A stretch of DNA of 64,000 nt from an uncultured Acidobacteriota bacterium (GTDB lineage Bacteria; Acidobacteriota; Thermoanaerobaculia; UBA5066; Gp7-AA6): positions 128,001-192,000 of the forward strand of contig CAVXTP010000021.1 in the NCBI GenBank assembly GCA_963764715.1. The letters run 5' to 3'. The notes beneath the pieces were generated by a model, which was not told the DNA's origin, made no database searches, and worked only from the letters and a program-made list of their open reading frames with translations. A program made the position numbers and the translations under genes. Numbering within the stretch: position 1 is the stretch's first letter; every line of letters starts with the position of its first letter. This document shows, one piece after another, positions 57,866 through 64,000 of the stretch.

Positions 57866-58363
57866 TTACGCCCAGCGGGACTCGATTTCCGGCGGCTTCG
57901 TCAGCGTCTGCATGACGACGCAGTACTGCTCGGTCTTCTCGGCGAGCGCGCGGAGCTGCTCGGGCGTCGCCTCCGGCGCGTCGATCGCAAAATTCAGCCG
58001 GATCGACTCGAATCCGACGGGGACGTCCTTCGAGATCCCGAGCGTGCCGGCCAGGTCGAGGTCGCCTTCGACCGTCACGGCGATCGACTTCGTCGGTATC
58101 CCCATCGCGGTCGCAACCATCTGGCAGGTCACCTGCGCGCACGCCGCGAGCGCTCCGAGAAGGAGATCCCCCGAGCACGCGCCCGTCCCGGCGCCGCCCA
58201 CGCCGGCGTGCGCCTGGGCCTCGTAGACCGCGCGGCCGATGTCGACCGAGCAGGCGATCGGGGCGCCGGACTCGCCGCCCCTGGCCGTGAGCGTGATGCG
58301 CGAAGAGCCCGGGCTGGCGCGGTACTTGTCCTTGAGGGGCTTCTGGAGAGAGCGCAGGTCCAT
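57866..58363 (-). CDS. OsmC family protein
   Basis: CSGDLLLGALAAC, EGDLDLAGTLG, QYCVVMQTL. Confidence 0.88.
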   Translation of the reverse strand: MDLRSLQKPLKDKYRASPGSSRITLTARGGESGAPIACSVDIGRAVYEAQAHAGVGGAGTGACSGDLLLGALAACAQVTCQMVATAMGIPTKSIAVTVEGDLDLAGTLGISKDVPVGFESIRLNFAIDAPEATPEQLRALAEKTEQYCVVMQTLTKPPEIESRWA

Positions 58364-58424
58364 GGATCCTCCCGCCTTCGAGGCGCCGATTCTATGCGGC
58401 CCTCCGTTGTACCCTAACCGCTCG

Positions 58425-61091
58425 ATGACGCTGTCCGCCGGAACGAAGCTCGGACCCTACGAGGTCCTCTCACCGCTCGGCGCGGGCGGGATGGGTGAGG
58501 TGTACCGCGCGCGGGACGCCCGTCTCTCGCGCGAGGTCGCGATCAAGGTCCTCCCGGAGGTCGTGGCGAAGGACACCGAACGGCTGGCGCGATTCCGGCG
58601 CGAGGCGCAGGTGCTCGCGTCGCTCAATCACCCGCACATCGCCGCGATCTACGGGCTCGAAGAGGCGGGCGGGATCGAGGCCCTGGTGCTCGAGCTCGTC
58701 GAGGGCGAGACGCTCGCCGAGCGGATCGCCACCGGGCCGGTCCCCGAGGACGAGGCCCTCGAGATCGCCCGTCAGATCGCCCGGGCGCTGGAGGCGGCGC
58801 ACGAGAAGGGGATCGTGCACCGGGACTTGAAGCCCTCCAACGTGAAGCTCGACCCGGCGGGACAGGTCAAGGTGCTCGACTTCGGGCTCGCCAAGGCGCT
58901 CGCGTCCGACGGCTCTTCGCCCGACGTGACCTCCTCGCCGACGCTCACGGCGGCCGCGACGCAGGCCGGCGTCATCATCGGGACCGCGGCCTACATGTCG
59001 CCCGAACAGGCCCGCGGAAAGTCCGTGGACAAGCGCGCGGACATCTGGGCGTTCGGGACCGTGCTCTACGAAATGCTGACGGGCCGCAAGGCGTTCGAGG
59101 GCGAGACCGTGTCCGACACGCTCGCGGCCGTCCTGACGAAGGAGCCGGATTGGGCCGCGCTTTCGGCGGCCACGCCGGCGTCCGTGCGCCGGGTGCTCCG
59201 CCGCTGCCTCGATCGCGACCCGCGGACGCGGATGCAGGACATCGCCGACGCCCGCCTCGAGCTCGACGAGCCGGTCCCGGCCGCCGGCCCGGTCCCGGCG
59301 TCCGCGCCAGGTCGAAAACCGGTAGCGATCGGCTGGGCGGCGGCGGCGATCCTTCTCGCCTTCGCCGCCGCGGCTGGCTGGTGGAAGGCCCTGCAGCCCG
59401 CGCCTCGGCCCCCCGTGCGGGTCACCGGTTTCGCGATTCCCCTGCCGGAAGGGCGCGAGATCCCGTTCGACGACACACCGGTTCTGGATGTGTCGCGGGA
59501 CGGCAATCGGATCGTCTTCGTGGGAGACCACGACGGCCATCGCCAGCTCTTCCTGCGGCCTCGCGACCGGATCGAGGCGAAGGCGGTGCCGGGAACCGAG
59601 GAGGCGTTCAGTCCGTTCTTCTCCCCGGACGGCCAGTGGATCGCGTTCTTCGCCGACGCCAAGCTGAAGAAGATCCCGGCGGAAGGCGGTACGGCGACGA
59701 CGCTCGCCGACGCGACTAACAACCGGGGCGGCGTCTGGCTCGACGACGACACGATCGTTTTCGCGCCGGACTTCACGTCGGGCCTCGTCCGCGTCGCGGC
59801 GAGGGGCGGCAAGCTCGAGACGCTCGCGAAGCCGGACGCCGCGAAGGGAGAACGGTCCTACCGCTGGCCGACCTACATTCCCGGCCGGCCGGGGATCCTG
59901 TTCACGATCGGCCTGCTGTCGGGGCCCGGCAACTACGACGACGCACGCTCGGCGATCTGGGATCCGCGCACGGGGAAGACCGAGGTGATCTACGAGGGCG
60001 GCAGCATGGCCCGCGTCGCGGACTCCGGCCACCTCGTGGTCTGGCGCGGCGGCGGGGCGCTCGGCCTGGCTTTCGACGCGGAGCGGGGCCGGGTCAGCGG
60101 GGAGCCGGTGGTGCTGGCGCAAAAAACGGGCGGCGACGCCTCGAGCGGCGTCGCCTACGCGGCATTCTCGACCAACGGCACGTTCGCCTACGTGCCGTCG
60201 TCGGCGACGGGGGAGCGCCGGCTCTTCCTGACGGACCGGTCCGGGACGACGCGGCCCGTGCCGGTGCCGCCTCGTTCCTACCACCACCCGCGCTTCTCGC
60301 CCGACGGTTCGCGTCTGGCCGTGACGATCGGTCCCGGGCACGGCAACGGCGACGAAATCTGGGTCATCGACATCGCCACGGGGGCCACCGTCCGGCTCAC
60401 GTTCGGGGACGGCAACGGCAACTACTACCCGGTCTGGTCCCCCGACGGCAGGCGGGTCGCCTTCAGCTCGGACCGCGGCCATCAGGGCGTCTATTTCAAG
60501 AACGCCGATGGCTCCGCCCCGGACGAGGCCCTCCTGGCCGAAGCCCGGCCGCAGCTTCCACAGGACTGGTCGCGCGACGGCGCGGTGCTGCTCCTCAATC
60601 AGGGCTTCCCCAACTCCGAGGTTTGGACGGTGACGATGAAGGATCGACACGAAAAAATCGTGGCGGCCTCGGCGGGCGGCGGTACGTTCTCACCGGACGG
60701 CCGCTGGGTGGCGTACTCGACTCTGCCAACGGCCGGCAACTCTCCCCAGGTGGTCGTCGAGCCCGTCTCCGGCGGCGGCGGAAAAGTCCAGGTCACTTCC
60801 GACTACGGGTCCTTCCCCGTCTGGACCGACCGCGAGATCGTGTATCTCGCCCGGCGAAAGGTCATGGCCATGGAGGCCCGCACGACGCCGACCTTCGCGC
60901 CGGGGCCCGTCCGCGAGCTCTTCGAGCATCCGTTCGACCGTGGATCGCTACCCCAGCGCGAGTTCGACGTCACGCGCGATGGCCGGACTTTCGTGTTTGT
61001 GGGCGGCGACGCCACGGTGGTCGGCAATCGCGTCGACGTCGTCGACGGCTGGTCGCTCGCCCGCGAGGCGCCGGCGGGCGGCCGGAGGTAG
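58425..61091 (+). CDS. Ser/Thr kinase with a PD40/TolB-like beta-propeller
   Basis: MTLSAGTKLGPY, HRDLKPSN, DFGLAK, YMSPEQ; SPDG repeats. Confidence 0.92.
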   Translation: MTLSAGTKLGPYEVLSPLGAGGMGEVYRARDARLSREVAIKVLPEVVAKDTERLARFRREAQVLASLNHPHIAAIYGLEEAGGIEALVLELVEGETLAERIATGPVPEDEALEIARQIARALEAAHEKGIVHRDLKPSNVKLDPAGQVKVLDFGLAKALASDGSSPDVTSSPTLTAAATQAGVIIGTAAYMSPEQARGKSVDKRADIWAFGTVLYEMLTGRKAFEGETVSDTLAAVLTKEPDWAALSAATPASVRRVLRRCLDRDPRTRMQDIADARLELDEPVPAAGPVPASAPGRKPVAIGWAAAAILLAFAAAAGWWKALQPAPRPPVRVTGFAIPLPEGREIPFDDTPVLDVSRDGNRIVFVGDHDGHRQLFLRPRDRIEAKAVPGTEEAFSPFFSPDGQWIAFFADAKLKKIPAEGGTATTLADATNNRGGVWLDDDTIVFAPDFTSGLVRVAARGGKLETLAKPDAAKGERSYRWPTYIPGRPGILFTIGLLSGPGNYDDARSAIWDPRTGKTEVIYEGGSMARVADSGHLVVWRGGGALGLAFDAERGRVSGEPVVLAQKTGGDASSGVAYAAFSTNGTFAYVPSSATGERRLFLTDRSGTTRPVPVPPRSYHHPRFSPDGSRLAVTIGPGHGNGDEIWVIDIATGATVRLTFGDGNGNYYPVWSPDGRRVAFSSDRGHQGVYFKNADGSAPDEALLAEARPQLPQDWSRDGAVLLLNQGFPNSEVWTVTMKDRHEKIVAASAGGGTFSPDGRWVAYSTLPTAGNSPQVVVEPVSGGGGKVQVTSDYGSFPVWTDREIVYLARRKVMAMEARTTPTFAPGPVRELFEHPFDRGSLPQREFDVTRDGRTFVFVGGDATVVGNRVDVVDGWSLAREAPAGGRR

Positions 61092-61103
61092 GGCGCCGCC
61101 GCG

Positions 61104-62357
61104 TCAGCCGGCCGTGACCGGCCGATCGGCTTCCTTCCGAGGGTACTTCGTCGCGACGTAGTCGTCGACGAGTGCGCGGAAGGCCGCCGCGAGCTCGTCG
61201 TAGTTGCCCTTCAGCGTCGTGAAGTGCTGGCCGTCGATGTAGACGGGGCAGTGCGGCTCCTCGCCCGTGCCCGGCAGCGAGATGCCGATCGAGGCGGCCT
61301 TGGACTCGCCGGGGCCGTTGACGACGCACCCCATGACGGCGAGCGTCATGTTCTCGACGCCTTCGTGCTCCTGCTTCCAGACGGGCATCTGCTCGCGGAT
61401 GTAGCCCTGGATGCGCTCGGCGAGCTCCTGGAAGGTCGTCGACGTGGTGCGGCCGCAGCCGGGGCAGGCCGTGACCGATGGAGCGAACGAGCGGATGCCG
61501 AGCGACTGCAGCAGCTCGCAGGCCGCGTAGACCTCCTCGCGCCGGTCGCCTCCAGGCCGCGGGGTCAGCGAGATGCGGATCGTGTCGCCGATGCCCTCGT
61601 TCAGGAGAATGCCCATCGCCGAGGACGACCAGACGAGACCCTTCATCCCCATGCCGGCCTCGGTCAGGCCCAGGTGGAGCGGCTGATCGGTCCGTTTCGC
61701 GAGGTCCCGGTACACGGCGATCAGGTCGAGCGGCCGCGAGACCTTGCAGGAGATGATGATCTGGTCCTTGCGCAGGCCCGACTGGAGCGCGAGCTCGGTC
61801 GACTGCAGCGCCGAGAGGATCATGCACTCGTTGATGATCTCCTCGGAGGTCTTCTCGAGGTCGCGGTCGGTGTTCTCCTGCATCTTCTCCATGACGAGCT
61901 CCTGGTTCAAGGAGCCGCCGTTGACGCCGATGCGCACGGGCTTGCCGTTGTCGACGGCGATCTTGCAGATCGTGGCGAACTGCTCGTCGCGCCGCGCGCC
62001 CTTGCCGACGTTGCCGGGGTTGATGCGGTACTTGTCGAGCGCCCTCGCGCACTCGGGAAACTTCGTCAGCAGGACGTGGCCGTTGTAGTGGAAGTCGCCG
62101 ATGAGCGGCGCGTCGGTTCCGGCGTCGAGCATCCGCTTCTTGATCTCGGGCACGGCAGCCGCGGCCTCCGGAATGTTGACGGTGATCCGCACGAGCTCCG
62201 AGCCCGCGCGGGCGAGCTCGATGCACTGCGTGGCCGTGGACTTCACATCCACCGTATCCGTGTTCGCCATCGACTGGACGACGACCGGCGCGCCGCCGCC
62301 CACCAATACCTTGCCGACCCGCACCCCCACGGTCTGGTGGCGCTTGCGCTTTTCCAT
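61104..62357 (-). CDS. ispG: (E)-4-hydroxy-3-methylbut-2-enyl-diphosphate synthase
   Basis: [59 protein letters not shown]. Confidence 0.96.
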   Translation of the reverse strand: MEKRKRHQTVGVRVGKVLVGGGAPVVVQSMANTDTVDVKSTATQCIELARAGSELVRITVNIPEAAAAVPEIKKRMLDAGTDAPLIGDFHYNGHVLLTKFPECARALDKYRINPGNVGKGARRDEQFATICKIAVDNGKPVRIGVNGGSLNQELVMEKMQENTDRDLEKTSEEIINECMILSALQSTELALQSGLRKDQIIISCKVSRPLDLIAVYRDLAKRTDQPLHLGLTEAGMGMKGLVWSSSAMGILLNEGIGDTIRISLTPRPGGDRREEVYAACELLQSLGIRSFAPSVTACPGCGRTTSTTFQELAERIQGYIREQMPVWKQEHEGVENMTLAVMGCVVNGPGESKAASIGISLPGTGEEPHCPVYIDGQHFTTLKGNYDELAAAFRALVDDYVATKYPRKEADRPVTAG

Positions 62358-62487
62358 GACCGTCGAATCTACCAGAAGGGGCGGCTTCGGGACCTGCCCG
62401 AGGGCACGATCTCTCGCGCTCTCTGCAGCTTGTGGATCTCGCAGCGGGCCCGCGATGACGCTCCCTGCCGGGAGGCGCCCCCGCCCT

Positions 62488-63783
62488 TCAGGAGATGTTC
62501 GCGGCTTCCCAGCGCTCGACCAGCGCCTCCAGGTAGCGGGACTTCACCTGCTGGCGGGCGAGCGTGCGCTTGACCGGCGGCAGCTTCAGGACGGCGCCGA
62601 GAACGGCGCCGAGAATCCGGTGGCTCGCCAGGGTTCGATCGTCGCAGAGCAGCTCGGCGAGCTGCCCCCGCTCGATGGCCATGACGACGGTCCGATGCAC
62701 GGTGTCGAGGGGCGGGATGACCCGCTTCTCACGGCGCTCGAGGCGAAGCGCTTCCGGGTGCGGGCAAGCGGGGACACAGACGCCGCACCCGAGGCAGGCC
62801 GACTCCTCGAGCCGCACCGTCCGGCGCCGCGGGGCCTTCGGATCGTGGGCGGAGACGAGGCTCATCGCCTCGACGGGGCATGCGGTGACGCACTGGCCGC
62901 AGCCGCTGCAGTTTTCCTGGTCGATGGACGGGGCGAATCCGGTCGTGTGGACCGGGCGCAGGAAGCCGAAGCGCCTCTGGGCGACGAGCGCCTCGCAGCA
63001 GCAGGCGCAACAGTTGCAGATGAACGCGGGTTGCCGGCGCACGTTCTCGCCGAACTGCACGAGGCCCCTTTCGCGCGCCTCGTGCAGCAGGTCGAGGGCC
63101 TCGGCCGCGTCGGCACGCCGGGCGAACTCGTGGCGAACCAGCGACGCCGCCGTGTCGCCGAACGTCAGGCAGATCTCCATGGGGGCGCCGCAGGAGCGCC
63201 CGAGATGGCTCGTCTTGTGCCGGCAATAGCAGGTGCCGACGCCGATGGCCGAGGCGGTGCGCGCGACGTGGCTCGCCCGCTCCCAGTCGAGCACCTCGAG
63301 GACGTCCTCGTCCGGGAGGGCCTCCTCGTTGACGAAGACGCGTCCGAGCTGGGTCTCGCCCCGGGCGAAGAGGGCGCGGACGAAGTCCTCTTCGACGTTC
63401 AGGTACTGGTGGAAGAGCTCGGCGAGCATCTGCTGGTCGACGTCGCCCCGCACTCGCATCATCGAGAACTCGAAAAAGCCGGCCATCGGCGGCGGCAGGA
63501 CCCAGCGCGTCTCCCCGTCGCGGACGATGTCGATGAGCAGGGCCTTCGCGGCGAGCGACTCGAGGATGTTTCGCGCCTCGGCCGGCGTCGTGCCCCAGGC
63601 GCGCGCGGCCGTCTCGGCACGGAACGGACGAATCGGCAGGGACGCCACGAGCGAGGCCTCGCGCTCGCTGAAGAGAATCCGCAGGATGCGGTAGAGAAGG
63701 TCGGACGGCGGCGCGCCCTGCGGAAACCGGTTGAGCCGGTCGATCAGGTTGTCGTAGCCGGAGCGGACGGTTGCGTGCGCCAT
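62488..63783 (-). CDS. 4Fe-4S dicluster-binding protein
   Basis: [38 protein letters not shown]. Confidence 0.87.
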   Translation of the reverse strand: MAHATVRSGYDNLIDRLNRFPQGAPPSDLLYRILRILFSEREASLVASLPIRPFRAETAARAWGTTPAEARNILESLAAKALLIDIVRDGETRWVLPPPMAGFFEFSMMRVRGDVDQQMLAELFHQYLNVEEDFVRALFARGETQLGRVFVNEEALPDEDVLEVLDWERASHVARTASAIGVGTCYCRHKTSHLGRSCGAPMEICLTFGDTAASLVRHEFARRADAAEALDLLHEARERGLVQFGENVRRQPAFICNCCACCCEALVAQRRFGFLRPVHTTGFAPSIDQENCSGCGQCVTACPVEAMSLVSAHDPKAPRRRTVRLEESACLGCGVCVPACPHPEALRLERREKRVIPPLDTVHRTVVMAIERGQLAELLCDDRTLASHRILGAVLGAVLKLPPVKRTLARQQVKSRYLEALVERWEAANIS

Positions 63784-63899
63784 CGACGCCTCGCTCCGAA
63801 GGCTAGGGGATCGCGCGGATGCGCACATGATTCGTTCTGCTCAGGGCCGGTTCCGCGCGCCCTCCCCGAGGTCGTTCGTTGTAGTCTTTTGCACCACTC

Positions 63900-64000
63900 G
63901 TGACTTTGTCCGCCGGAACGCGCCTGGGCCCTTACGAACTCCTTGCGCCGATCGGCGCGGGAGGGATGGGCGAGGTTTATCGGGCCCGGGATGCGCGGCT
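63900..64000 (+). CDS. Ser/Thr kinase, N-terminal fragment (runs off the window)
   Basis: (M)[32 protein letters not shown], paralogous to the three upstream kinases. Confidence 0.85.
   Translation, partial: MTLSAGTRLGPYELLAPIGAGGMGEVYRARDAR

Overview
A very GC-rich bacterial chromosomal segment. Paralogous Hanks kinases with PD40/TPR tails, an Acidobacteria-type VWA protein and bacillithiol genes suggest Acidobacteriota, possibly Thermoanaerobaculia; this is an inference. About 55 CDS are supported, mostly housekeeping and envelope genes: tsaD, mtnA, ggt, pgk-tpiA-secG-tRNA-Leu(GAG), dusB, tdh/kbl, ispG, peptidases and transporters. I saw no integrase, transposase, prophage or CRISPR array. 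The most notable signals are: (1) three dispersed copies of a ~155-175 nt multibranch structured element with compensatory base changes, always between convergent genes; (2) a coupled operon of a type-1-copper cupredoxin, a TM-sensor-HAMP Ser/Thr kinase and a porin; (3) a methyltransferase-bshC-bshB1-bshA operon, a candidate for N-methyl-bacillithiol synthesis; (4) a 7-bp-register repeat family that supplies stop codons and an RBS; (5) GTAG-type REPs; (6) frequent TAnnnT boxes just upstream of SD-less starts, including one bidirectional box. All calls come from reading motifs by eye; no database searches were run.
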